DNA of 64,000 bases from Armatimonadota bacterium (GCA_041690135.1 JAWLHY010000008.1:192001-256000), one strand, 5' to 3'. Shown: positions 37,375 through 46,104, counted from the first letter of the stretch. Notes: a model not told the origin generated them from the letters alone. Numbers and translations: made by a program.

Positions 37375-39792
37375 TCATGGCGTCCCTTCGGGCTGTATGG
37401 CTTGGCGGTTGACCTGGGCTCCAATCGCGTCCAGGATGCGTTTTTGGGTTAAGGGCAAATCCCGGATGCGGAGACCGATAGCGTCGAATACGGCGTTGGC
37501 GATGGCGGGGGCCGTGGGGATCAGGGGTGGCTCGCCGATACCCTTGGCGCCGGTGGGGTTGGCTTCCGGGTCCGCCAGGTCGACCTGCGCGTGCGTGATG
37601 GGCGGGATGTCGGCCACGGTGGGGACCTTGTATTCCTCCAGGTTGGCGTTGAGCACGATACCGGTGTGGCGGTCGATGACCCGCTCTTCCAGGAGCGCGT
37701 AGCCTAGGCCCTGGGTGACGGCGCCGACCACCTGGCTCTCGACCATCGTGGGGTTGATGACCCGGCCGCAGTCGTGGGCGGCCGCCACACGGAGGACCGT
37801 GATCTCGCCAGTTTCCGTGTCGACCTCGACCTCGACGCACTGCGCTCCGAAGGTGCGAACGGATTTGTCCGACGGGTTGGGACCGCGGGCGCCCTGGCCC
37901 AGAATCATGTGCGGCGCAATCTGCCGGGTAATCTCTTCAACCAGCACGCTGCGGTCCGGCTCGCCCTCCACATGCACTTCACCATCGCGGATAGAGAGGC
38001 GCTCCGCTTCCACTTCCAGGGCCGCCGCGGCCGCCTCCAGTAACTGGCGGCGGGCATCGGCGGCCGCGGCGCGGATGGCGGGTCCGATAGTTGCCTGCGT
38101 GGCGCTGCCGGAGCTAACCGGAGCATAGGGACCGTTGGCGGTATCCCCCAGGTGCAGGGCGACCCGCTCCATCGGCAGCCCCAACTCTTCCGCCGCCACC
38201 TGCGTGAGGCCGGTCCGGGTACCGGTGCCGATATCCTGTGTGCCGGTGACCACGTCGGCCGAGCCGTCGCCGTTGATCTTAACCCAGGCATAGCCCGGTG
38301 GGTAGCCGCTTCCGCCCCAGTCGTGCGCCGCGAAACCGATACCGCGATGCCGCGAGCCGATGGGCGCGGGTCGATCATACGCCTTCCAGCCGAAGGCTTC
38401 CGTGGCGCGCTCGTAGCAGAGGCGAAGGCTCTGCGGAGTAGTGTAGGTTTTGTCCTTGGACTGGTCGCGGTCGGTGTAGTTCCGGAGGCGGAGTTCCACC
38501 GGGTCGATCCCGAGTTCCCGGGCGAGCTCGTCCATCGCCGACTCCAGCCCGAAAGCGCCTTCCACATAACCGGGCGCTCGGAAGGCGACGGCGGGACCCG
38601 TATTCGTGTGGATGGCGAGCTGTTCCGTGCGGAGATTGGGACACCGGTAGAGCCGCTGGTAAGCGCCGCTGACGTTACTGCCCTCGCCGCCGACCATGTA
38701 GGCCCCAACTGCCTGCTCAATCCGCACGGTCAGTGCGGTGAGGGTGCCGTCGCGCTTCGCTCCGATCCGGACGTGCTGGCGGGTGGGGTTGCGATTGCCG
38801 GCGGCCAGGTTCTCCGCCTCGCGGTCCAGCATCAACTGGACGGGACGCCCGGCCTGTTTGGACAGGAGCGCCGCGATGACGGTGTGCTTCCAGGCGATCT
38901 GCTTGCTGCCGAAGCCGCCGCCCATATACTCCTTGATCACGCGAACGTGATGCTCCGGCAAGCGCAGCTTCTCCGCCACCTGCTCGCGGACCTCGAAGAT
39001 CGACTGCGTGCTCTCCCAGAGGGTGAGGTGGTCGCCCTCCCAGGCGGCTGTGCAGCCGTGGGGCTCCAGGCAGTTGTGCAGCGCCGTGGCCGTGGTATAG
39101 ACGCGCTCGACGACGACCTCCGCTTCGCGAAAACCGGCCTCGGGGTCTCCGCGCTCGTAGACCTTCGGCTCCGCGGCCAGGTTACCGGAAGACTGGATCT
39201 GGGGCGCATCCGGCCGCAGGGCCGCATCCACGTCCAGCACGAACGGGAGCACCTCGTATTCCACTTCGATCAGGCGGAGGGCATCTTCCGCGATCTCCTC
39301 CGACTCGGCCGCCACCGCCGCGACCTCGTCTCCCTGGAAGCGGACGGTGCGGTCAAAGAGATAACTATCGCCATACCAGCGGATTTCGGAAGCGTCCGGG
39401 GTGGCTACTCCACGGGTTAAAACCCGTGGCTGACCAACCGAAGTCCGCCTACGCGGACTGGGGTCTCCGCTCTCTGTATCAGGAGAAACACTGATGACGG
39501 CGCGGACGCCCGGGAGGGCCTCGGCGCGGGAGGTGTCGATGCGGAGGATGCGGGCGTGGGGGTGGGGGCTACGGAGGACCTTCGCGTAGAGCTGGCCGGG
39601 TAGGCGGATGTCGTACGCGTAGCGGGCCCGGCCGGTGACCTTCTCCGCGCCTTCTACGCGCGGGTGGGGCCGCCCGACGACCTGGAGCGGCGTGTCCGCC
39701 TCCCACGCGGGTAGGCCGCGGGTTTCCACGACCCGGTATTCGCCCTCGGTGCCCTCGCCAGAGCGGAGCTTATCAACATGAAGAATGGGCAT
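37375..39792 (-). CDS. Xanthine dehydrogenase family molybdopterin-binding subunit (YagR/PaoC-like)
   Basis: KVTGRARY, GGGFGSK, AFRAPG, QDIGTG, GAKGIGE, AIANAVFDAIG. Confidence 0.95.
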   Translation of the reverse strand: MPILHVDKLRSGEGTEGEYRVVETRGLPAWEADTPLQVVGRPHPRVEGAEKVTGRARYAYDIRLPGQLYAKVLRSPHPHARILRIDTSRAEALPGVRAVISVSPDTESGDPSPRRRTSVGQPRVLTRGVATPDASEIRWYGDSYLFDRTVRFQGDEVAAVAAESEEIAEDALRLIEVEYEVLPFVLDVDAALRPDAPQIQSSGNLAAEPKVYERGDPEAGFREAEVVVERVYTTATALHNCLEPHGCTAAWEGDHLTLWESTQSIFEVREQVAEKLRLPEHHVRVIKEYMGGGFGSKQIAWKHTVIAALLSKQAGRPVQLMLDREAENLAAGNRNPTRQHVRIGAKRDGTLTALTVRIEQAVGAYMVGGEGSNVSGAYQRLYRCPNLRTEQLAIHTNTGPAVAFRAPGYVEGAFGLESAMDELARELGIDPVELRLRNYTDRDQSKDKTYTTPQSLRLCYERATEAFGWKAYDRPAPIGSRHRGIGFAAHDWGGSGYPPGYAWVKINGDGSADVVTGTQDIGTGTRTGLTQVAAEELGLPMERVALHLGDTANGPYAPVSSGSATQATIGPAIRAAAADARRQLLEAAAAALEVEAERLSIRDGEVHVEGEPDRSVLVEEITRQIAPHMILGQGARGPNPSDKSVRTFGAQCVEVEVDTETGEITVLRVAAAHDCGRVINPTMVESQVVGAVTQGLGYALLEERVIDRHTGIVLNANLEEYKVPTVADIPPITHAQVDLADPEANPTGAKGIGEPPLIPTAPAIANAVFDAIGLRIRDLPLTQKRILDAIGAQVNRQAIQPEGTP
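39403..39462. repeat. REP-like double-hairpin element inserted in frame in the Mo-subunit gene
   Basis: CCACGGGTT-AA-AACCCGTGG (39410-39429) and AGTCCGC-CTAC-GCGGACT (39442-39459). Confidence 0.7.
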
Positions 39793-39825
39793 GGCTTGTC
39801 TCGGCTGCGCGAATCAGGACCCGAA

Positions 39826-40048
39826 GAAGATAAGGATAAAGATAATGAGCGTTTGCATCAGAGCCTGTTCCAACTACCCCAATAGGGGCGCGGGCTTCTG
39901 CCTTTTGGCCCCTGGTCCCCGCCACCCAAGGGGTACCCGGCTGGGAGAACCGTCGGACTTCCGCCGGGCACCGTTTTACGTGGGCGTTCGGTTGGCTTCC
40001 GCGCTTTCGGCCCCCTCTCCCCCAATCCTGGGGGCACTTGCTTCGCGG
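39826..40048. repeat. Second cluster of the same repeat families as 36947-37358
   Basis: AAGATAAGGATAAAGATAA; GCCACCCAAGGGGTACCCGG (39921-39940) is 18/20 identical to 37173-37192; CCCCCAATCCTGGGGG (40019-40034) identical to 37270-37285; TTGCTTCGCGG. Confidence 0.85.
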
Positions 40049-40518
40049 CACACGCGGGCGGCAGTGCGGCCGGCCTTGAGGATGTTCTGGTAGGCGCCAC
40101 AGCGGCAGAGATTGCCGGTGACCGCCTCCAGGATCTCCGCGTCGGTTGGGTCGTCGTTCTCGTCCAGGAGGGCGCGCAGGCTCATTACCTGGCCGGGGGT
40201 ACAGAAGCCGCATTGGAAGGCATCCTCACACACGAACGCCTCCTGCACCGGGTCGAGCCGACCCTCCTGCATGAGCCCTTCGATGGTGGTGATGTCGCAC
40301 TCGGCGCAGTCGACCGCCAGCATGAGACAGGAGTACATGGCCCGACCGTCCACCAGAATGGTGCAGGCGCCGCAGTCGCCCATGTCGCAGACTTTCTTGG
40401 TACCGGTCAACTCCAGGTCGCAGCGGAGAGTATCGAGGAGGGTCCGGCGTGGCTCGACGACGAGCGGGTGCTCGGTCCCGTTGACGCGCAGCGTGACGGC
40501 CAGATGGTTCATGGTCAT
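39976..40518 (-). CDS. (2Fe-2S)-binding subunit of xanthine dehydrogenase family enzyme
   Basis: GTKKVCDMGDCGACT, QCGFCTPG, GNLCRCGAY. Confidence 0.95.
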   Translation of the reverse strand: MTMNHLAVTLRVNGTEHPLVVEPRRTLLDTLRCDLELTGTKKVCDMGDCGACTILVDGRAMYSCLMLAVDCAECDITTIEGLMQEGRLDPVQEAFVCEDAFQCGFCTPGQVMSLRALLDENDDPTDAEILEAVTGNLCRCGAYQNILKAGRTAARVCREASAPRIGGEGAESAEANRTPT

Positions 40519-40607
40519 GGAAACGGCTCACAGAGGCGGGCGGGCGGCTCGCCGGGGTGCTTTCGGTGAGTATTGACGGGAATGGCCGGAGGTGAAACGT
40601 GGGCGTG

Positions 40608-40616
40608 TGCTATGCT
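40608..40616 (+). promoter_or_regulatory. Extended -10 promoter TGcTATGCT, 6 nt upstream of ATG (leaderless candidate)
   Basis: TG-C-TATGCT-GTAGGG-ATG. Confidence 0.55.
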
Positions 40617-40622
40617 GTAGGG

Positions 40623-41651
40623 ATGGACGGAACAGAGATTTCACAGTTGACGGTAGAGGCCTCGGAGGTGGGGGAGCGCCTTGACCGGGTGATCCAGGCG
40701 GCGCTGCCGCAGCTGTCGCGGACGGCGGTCCAGCGGATGATCGCGGACGGGCTCGTGCGGGTGCAAGGAAAGCCGGGGAAACCGGGGCAAAAGCTGCGGC
40801 GCGGGGAAGTGGTGGAGTGGGAGGCCCCGCCCGCGGAAGCCGCGCCGGATACCCACGCGCCGGAGGCGATCCCGCTGGACGTAGTGTTTGAGGACGACGA
40901 CCTCCTGGTGATCGACAAGCCGAAGGGGCTGGTAGTCCACCCGGCGCCGGGGCATGCTACCGGCACGTTGGTGAACGCGGTGCTGGCCCACGCGGGGGAG
41001 GACCTTACCGGGATCGGCGGCGTGGAGCGGCCTGGGATCGTCCACCGGCTGGACCAGGACACCTCCGGCCTGATGGTGGTCGCCAAGTCCGAGCGGGCAT
41101 ACCAGTCACTGCAGGCGCAGATCCAGGAGCGAACCGCCGAGCGGCGCTACCTGGCGCTGGTCCGGGGCTCGGCGCGGTTCGAAAGGGCGAGCGTGGATGC
41201 GCCAATCGGGCGGCATCCCACGGACCGGAAACGGATGGCAGTACTTCCCCGGGGCAGTGCCCACACGCACCGGGAGGCGCGGACCGACCTGCGTGTGCTG
41301 GATCGCCTGCCCGGGTTCACCTTTCTGGAAGCGCGGCTGCAGACGGGCCGCACCCACCAGATCCGCGTCCACTGTGCCTACATCCGCCTCCCCGTGGTGG
41401 GGGACCAGACTTACGGTCCCAAGCAGCCAGAGCGGGATCCCCACCTCTCCGCGGAGGTGAAGGCGGCGATCCGCAATCTCCAGGGCCAGGCGCTCCACGC
41501 CTACCGGCTCTCCTTCAACCACCCGGTCACCGGCGAGCGGATGCAGTTCCTCCGCCCGCCCTCCGCCGACTTCCAGGCCCTTCTCGAGGTGCTGGGCGTC
41601 CGCTGGGAACCCAAAGAAGACGACCCATGGCCGGAGGACCTTTCGGATTAG
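40623..41651 (+). CDS. rluD: RluA/RluD-family pseudouridine synthase with S4 domain
   Basis: GERLDR S4 start, KPKGLVVHP, RPGIVHRLDQDTSG, TGRTHQIRVH, QALHA. Confidence 0.93.
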   Translation: MDGTEISQLTVEASEVGERLDRVIQAALPQLSRTAVQRMIADGLVRVQGKPGKPGQKLRRGEVVEWEAPPAEAAPDTHAPEAIPLDVVFEDDDLLVIDKPKGLVVHPAPGHATGTLVNAVLAHAGEDLTGIGGVERPGIVHRLDQDTSGLMVVAKSERAYQSLQAQIQERTAERRYLALVRGSARFERASVDAPIGRHPTDRKRMAVLPRGSAHTHREARTDLRVLDRLPGFTFLEARLQTGRTHQIRVHCAYIRLPVVGDQTYGPKQPERDPHLSAEVKAAIRNLQGQALHAYRLSFNHPVTGERMQFLRPPSADFQALLEVLGVRWEPKEDDPWPEDLSD

Positions 41652-41700
41652 GATTAGGATCATGATGAAGATAAGGATAAGGAAGAGGCAAGGATAAGGA
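41646..41700. repeat. Hexamer micro-array (GGATTA/GGATAA-like) overlapping the rluD stop codon
   Basis: ggattaggattaggatcatgatgaagataaggataaggaagaggcaaggataagga. Confidence 0.8.
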
Positions 41701-41838
41701 GTGGTGGATAGGACGGCCTGGGATACCCACGAAGCGGACGACGGGGTGCCTGGCCTGGAGGCACCAGGGAGGTCCCCCTGGTCACCGCATCTGCCCAAGT
41801 TCACGCACACGCTCCTCGATCCGTCCCTCTGCTTCCCT

Positions 41839-41878
41839 CTCCGTGGTCTTCTCCGTGTCTCCGTGACTCGGTGGTGGA
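41839..41878. repeat. CTCCGTG-periodic ~40-bp dispersed repeat, copy 1
   Basis: ctccgtggtcttctccgtgtctccgtgactcggtggtgga. Confidence 0.8.
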
Positions 41879-41889
41879 AGTCCCCGCAC

Positions 41890-41920
41890 AAAAAAGCCCC
41901 GTCCCGGTTGGGGACGGGGC
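41890..41920 (-). terminator. Rho-independent terminator (minus strand)
   Basis: 10-bp stem GCCCCGTCCC/GGGACGGGGC followed by T6 on the minus strand. Confidence 0.88.
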
Positions 41921-42061
41921 AGTTAACGCCACTCTCCAGTATCCAAACGCCCAAGAGGAGACCGAGAACATTTCCCGTCCTCATGGATAAGGACCCACGC
42001 GGAATCCAACCGGTTCCCGAGATTTCCCCGTCCGATTTCGTGCCGTGACCAACTGGCACCA
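41890..42061 (-). ncRNA. Candidate stand-alone structured small RNA (long irregular hairpin, possibly 6S-like)
   Basis: TATCAT -10 box at 42068-42073; nested helices CAGUUG-GUCAC/GUGGC-UAACUG, UCGGACG/CGUUUGG, CGGGAAC/GUUCUCG, GUCCUUA/UGAGGAC; ends at terminator; no convincing ORF. Confidence 0.5.
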
Positions 42062-42080
42062 GGTCATATGATACTTCCCG

Positions 42081-42150
42081 CCCTCCACCATCCACCTTCC
42101 GCTCTCCCCTCTCCGTGACCTACTCCGTGTCTTCGTGACGCAGTGGTGAA
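42081..42150. repeat. CCCTCCA-like heptamer run plus CTCCGTG-periodic repeat, copy 2
   Basis: ccctccaccatccaccttccgctctcccct then ctccgtgacctactccgtgtcttcgtgacgcagtggtgaa, ending 7 bp beyond the SanA-like stop. Confidence 0.75.
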
Positions 42151-42157
42151 AACAAAA

Positions 42158-42904
42158 TCAGCGGGTAGGCATCTCGTTCACGAAGAGGGGCTCGCGGGGG
42201 CCGAGGTACTTGGACTGGCGGCGGAGGAAGGCCACGTCGATCACAGCGGCGGCGCGGGCGAGGGCTTCCCGGATCCGGGTGCTGCGGAGGGCATCCGGCG
42301 CCATGCCGACCCGGGAGGAGTAACCCACGGCATCGATCCCCAGGTTGCGGGCCGTGTAGATAGCGCGCGGTAGATGGAACGCCTGGGTGACGAGGACGGC
42401 GCGGTCGACCGCGAAGATCTCCCTGGCCCGGTAGCAGCTATCGTAGGTCCGAAAGCCGGCGTAGTCCCGCACCACATCCTCGGCCGGGACCCCAAGGCTT
42501 ACGGCGTGGCGCTTCATGGCGGTCACCTCGTCGTAGTCGCTGCGGCCGTTGTCGCCGGTCATCAGCAGTTTCCGGACCTTGCCCGCCTGGTAAAGGGACA
42601 CTCCGGCTTCTACCCGGTGCCGCAGGACCGGCGAGAGCCCGCCGCCGGGGTAGACCCGCGCGCCGAACACGATCGCCACGGGGCGCTCCGGGACCGCCTC
42701 CAACTCCGGGTAGCAGAGGGCATCCGTGGTGGCAAGCATCCAGCGGTCCGCCGCCGCGATGAACGCCACCCCGGCCACAGCCAGCGCGCACAGGCACAGG
42801 GCCGCAGTACGAAGCTTGCGCCCGCGGGGGCGGGGAGAGTGCCTCACGGTATCGGGTGGGGCCAGGGCGGGGGAAGCGGCGGATGGTGCGTGCAGGTCCA
42901 GCAT
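42158..42904 (-). CDS. SanA/YdcF (DUF218) family protein
   Basis: AIVFGA, LMTGDNG..DYDE, DYAGFRTYDS, VTQAFHLPRA, REALAR. Confidence 0.92.
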   Translation of the reverse strand: MLDLHAPSAASPALAPPDTVRHSPRPRGRKLRTAALCLCALAVAGVAFIAAADRWMLATTDALCYPELEAVPERPVAIVFGARVYPGGGLSPVLRHRVEAGVSLYQAGKVRKLLMTGDNGRSDYDEVTAMKRHAVSLGVPAEDVVRDYAGFRTYDSCYRAREIFAVDRAVLVTQAFHLPRAIYTARNLGIDAVGYSSRVGMAPDALRSTRIREALARAAAVIDVAFLRRQSKYLGPREPLFVNEMPTR

Positions 42905-43087
42905 GGAATCCTCCGGGCAGATGAATCCATAGTCGGCAAGCGGGCGCCGAATCCCTGGGAAAGTACAGGCGCCGTAAGGCCGGAGAAAATGCGTAGGCGG
43001 CCTCGCGTAGGCTAGCCGTGCAGTTCCTCAATTACTCAAATGCCCGCAGGCACCATCTGGTTGGCGAAGAGGCGGCAGGGGATTTCC

Positions 43088-43157
43088 CCTCCACCCCTCA
43101 CTCGCCACTCTTCCCCGCTCCGTGGTTTTCTCCGTGTCTCAGTGCCTCGGTGGTGAA
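43088..43157. repeat. CCCTCCA-like heptamer run plus CTCCGTG-periodic repeat, copy 3
   Basis: ccctccacccctcactcgccactc then ctccgtggttttctccgtgtctcagtgcctcggtggtgaa, 5 bp beyond the aminopeptidase stop. Confidence 0.8.
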
Positions 43158-43162
43158 CACCC

Positions 43163-44281
43163 CTACCCCCCGAAGGCGTCCGGGTTGAGGCACCGGAGGT
43201 CGTCCGTGACGAAGAGGCCGTCTTTGCGGACGAGCTCGCCGTCGAAGTAGATCTCGCCTCCGCCGTATTCGGGGCGCTGGATGAGCACCATGTCCCAATG
43301 GACTTCGCTGCGGTTACCGTTGTCGGCAATCTCGTAGGCGTTTCCGGGCGTGAAGTGGATGCTGCCGGCGATCTTCTCATCGAAGAGGGTGTCCCGCATG
43401 GGGTGGAGGATGTGGGGATGGAATCCGAGGCTGAACTCGCCCACGTAGCGAGCCCCCTCGTCGGAGTCGAGGATGGCATTCAGCGAAGGCGTATCGGAGG
43501 CCGACGCCTCCACGATGCGGCCGTTCTCCAGGGTGAGACGGATGTTCTCGAAGGTCTTTCCCTGATAAACCGTGACTGTATTGAAAGAGATGGCGCCGTT
43601 TACCTGGTCCCGTTGCGGCGCCGTGAAACACTCGCCGTCGGGGATGTTGCGGTCGCCGGTGCAGGGGATCACGGGGATCTCACCTTTGTTCATGGTGAGA
43701 TCGGTGCCGGGACCCACCAGACGGATCTGCCGGGTCCGCTCCATCCGCTGCTTCAGGAATTGGACGGCGCGCTCCATCTTGCCGTAATCAAAGCAGCAAA
43801 CGCGGAAGTAGAAGTCCTCGAACAGGTCGGTGCTCATCGCCGCCGATTGGGCCATGGAGGGAGTCGGCCAGCGCAGTACGACCCAGCGCGTGTGGCTGCA
43901 GCGCTGGTCGCTGTGCACCGGGCGCCACCAGTGCCGCTGGTACAGACCCATCCGCTCCGCCGGCACATCCGAGAGTTCGGTGGCGTTGGGCCCCCCGCGG
44001 AGCCCAATGTAGGCATCCATCTTCTTCATGCGCGCCAGCTCAAACCCGCCGATCAACTTCATCTGCTCCTCGGTCGCGTTTCGGTAGAGCTCGCGGAGCA
44101 CCCGGTTGTGACGGGTCTCGACCACGGGTGATGCGCCCGCTTCCGCTAGCGAACGGACGATGCAAGCCGTGGCTTCCGGAGGGATATCGAAGGCTTCGAG
44201 GAGCACCTTATCGCCCGGACGGATCTTGAGGGAGTGGCGGATCAGTACATCGGCAAGCTGCTGGATACGAGGGTCGAGCAT
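43163..44281 (-). CDS. Aminopeptidase, thermophilic metalloprotease (M29) family
   Basis: MLDPRI..LA, NIPDGECFTAP, GARYVGEF, LFDEKIAGSIHFTPGNAY, SEVHWDMV. Confidence 0.93.
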   Translation of the reverse strand: MLDPRIQQLADVLIRHSLKIRPGDKVLLEAFDIPPEATACIVRSLAEAGASPVVETRHNRVLRELYRNATEEQMKLIGGFELARMKKMDAYIGLRGGPNATELSDVPAERMGLYQRHWWRPVHSDQRCSHTRWVVLRWPTPSMAQSAAMSTDLFEDFYFRVCCFDYGKMERAVQFLKQRMERTRQIRLVGPGTDLTMNKGEIPVIPCTGDRNIPDGECFTAPQRDQVNGAISFNTVTVYQGKTFENIRLTLENGRIVEASASDTPSLNAILDSDEGARYVGEFSLGFHPHILHPMRDTLFDEKIAGSIHFTPGNAYEIADNGNRSEVHWDMVLIQRPEYGGGEIYFDGELVRKDGLFVTDDLRCLNPDAFGG

Positions 44282-44517
44282 GGGCTTCCTTCTTTCGAGC
44301 GAGAACTGGCTTCAGTGTACGGCCCGGAGGCCGTTATTGCAAAGCCAGGTCTCCGTTCGATCCCCATTCCCCGCAGGAAGGTGACCGGCGGCACGCAGTC
44401 CATCCGGGTCCTCCAGGGGCCTCCCCGGCGAGCGGCATTTCATTGCGAGATTGTGGAGCCTGTCGGTAAGCGTAACGCGCGATATCCCCCGAGCGTTACA
44501 TTGAGCAGATAAGCAAA

Positions 44518-44552
44518 CGCGGCTCTCTCGCCCCTCAGCCGAGAGAGCCGCG
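44518..44552. other. 13-bp perfect hairpin in divergent intergenic region
   Basis: CGCGGCTCTCTCG-N9-CGAGAGAGCCGCG. Confidence 0.6.
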
Positions 44553-44621
44553 AAATACCCGCAGGCCGGGTTCGCCGCAGAGCTGCGCCCCGAATCCCCT
44601 GACCAGAAAGTAGGGAAGAGA

Positions 44622-45110
44622 ATGCAACCAACGCTTGCCCCACATCGATTAGCTTCCACGGGCGCCCTGGTATTCAGCCTGGGGATCGCCTTCACCTGCT
44701 TCCAGAGCAGGCCCGTGGACGCCGCGCGTCGACGGCCGCTGCCGGAGATCGGCGGAGCCTATTTCGGTTCGTTCAACGGAGATAACGGCGACTTTTGGCC
44801 GGCGGACTTTAATGTCACCATGCAGAGCCGCAGTCGCATTGGCGGGTCCTTGCAGGTGGGCGGGCGTTATCGCGATATCTATTTCAAAGGCACGTTGCGC
44901 CCCGCGAACGGAGCCTATGCTCTCCAGTTGACCGGTCGCGGCGGTGCTGGCCGTCAGGACCTGCGGATCACCATCCGGGCTACCTACTCGCCACCTTCTG
45001 CCGACGATCCCGCCCAGGTGGGCACCATCTCCGGTGCGTACACGGCTCGCGGACAGGTTCGTGAGCGCGGCACGTTCACCGTGCGCGGGGGCATCCAGCG
45101 GAACCGTTGA
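44622..45110 (+). CDS. Secreted beta-rich hypothetical protein
   Basis: Signal-like N-terminus, alternating beta-strand pattern, GTFTV C-terminus; AGGGAAG SD-like. Confidence 0.65.
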   Translation: MQPTLAPHRLASTGALVFSLGIAFTCFQSRPVDAARRRPLPEIGGAYFGSFNGDNGDFWPADFNVTMQSRSRIGGSLQVGGRYRDIYFKGTLRPANGAYALQLTGRGGAGRQDLRITIRATYSPPSADDPAQVGTISGAYTARGQVRERGTFTVRGGIQRNR

Positions 45111-45207
45111 GTTCTGGTAAGCTGGCCGAGGAAGCCACCCCGCCGGGGATAGAATTGCCTGACGGCCGCAAGAAGGTGCGTGGTCGTCGGGCAGAGGAGA
45201 TACGGCG

Positions 45208-46104
45208 GTGTTGTGGAGATTGGGTACGGTTCCCTATCTGAATGCGGAGCCGCTGACGGCGGCCCTCCGGGAGCCGGATGCGGCGTTGCTGGTTGGGGAT
45301 GCGGTCCGGATCGAGGCGCTGGTGCCTTCGCAGCTCATCGGCGCCCTGCTGGAGCGGCAAGTTGATGCGGCCCTGGTATCGACGGCTGCCGTGTTGCCGC
45401 ACCGCGAACTGCGAATCCTGCCGGGTATGTGCGTGGGATCGCGGGGCCCGGTCCGCAGCATCCAGCTCTACTGCCGCCGGCCTGTGGCCGAGGTGCGAAC
45501 GGTGGCACTGGACGCGAGCAGTCGCAGCGCCGTGGCGCTTACGCGGGTGCTCTTTGCCGAGCGCTGGCGCCGCGCGCCGGAGTTCATTACCCTGCCGCCG
45601 CACCTACCGAGCATGCTGGAAGCCGCGGATGCGGCGTTGCTGATCGGCGATCCGGCACTCCAGGCGAACCTGGTGCTGGACACCGGCGCATGGGCGGGGC
45701 CTTCGGTGGACCGGTTGGACCTGGGAGCGGTCTGGCAGGAGCTAACCGGCCGGCCCTTTGTGTATGCCGTGTGGGCCGCCCCCGCGGACGTGGATCTCGA
45801 ACGCCTTGCCCAGATGCTCACGAGAGCGAAGGCGTGGGGCATGCAGCGGCTGGGGCTGCTGGCCACGCGCGGCGCCCAGGAGAAGGAGCTTCCGCGGGAC
45901 GTGACGTGGAAGTACCTCACGGAGGCTATCCACTACCACCTGGATGCGGAGGCCTGTAGAGGGGCTGAGCTGTTCTGCGACCTGGCAGTGCGCCACGGAG
46001 TCCTGCCCGCCCCATCTGCGGTCCGGTTCGCGGAGATCAGCGATCTTGCCGGGGCCGGCGCGAGGATCCCAGCAGAGTGCCAAGCGCCAACGCCAGGCAC
46101 GTAA
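45208..46104 (+). CDS. mqnA: Chorismate dehydratase (futalosine menaquinone pathway)
   Basis: GTVPYLNAEPL, GPVRSI, SSRSA, AALLIGDPAL, DLGAVWQELTGRPFVYAVW. Confidence 0.9.
   Translation: MLWRLGTVPYLNAEPLTAALREPDAALLVGDAVRIEALVPSQLIGALLERQVDAALVSTAAVLPHRELRILPGMCVGSRGPVRSIQLYCRRPVAEVRTVALDASSRSAVALTRVLFAERWRRAPEFITLPPHLPSMLEAADAALLIGDPALQANLVLDTGAWAGPSVDRLDLGAVWQELTGRPFVYAVWAAPADVDLERLAQMLTRAKAWGMQRLGLLATRGAQEKELPRDVTWKYLTEAIHYHLDAEACRGAELFCDLAVRHGVLPAPSAVRFAEISDLAGAGARIPAECQAPTPGT

Noticed and set aside
41982-42069. 28-aa peptide MTWCQLVTAR... within the candidate RNA (type I toxin?)
   Set aside because: Not hydrophobic, has no SD, and its ATG sits immediately after the putative -10 box, upstream of the predicted start site
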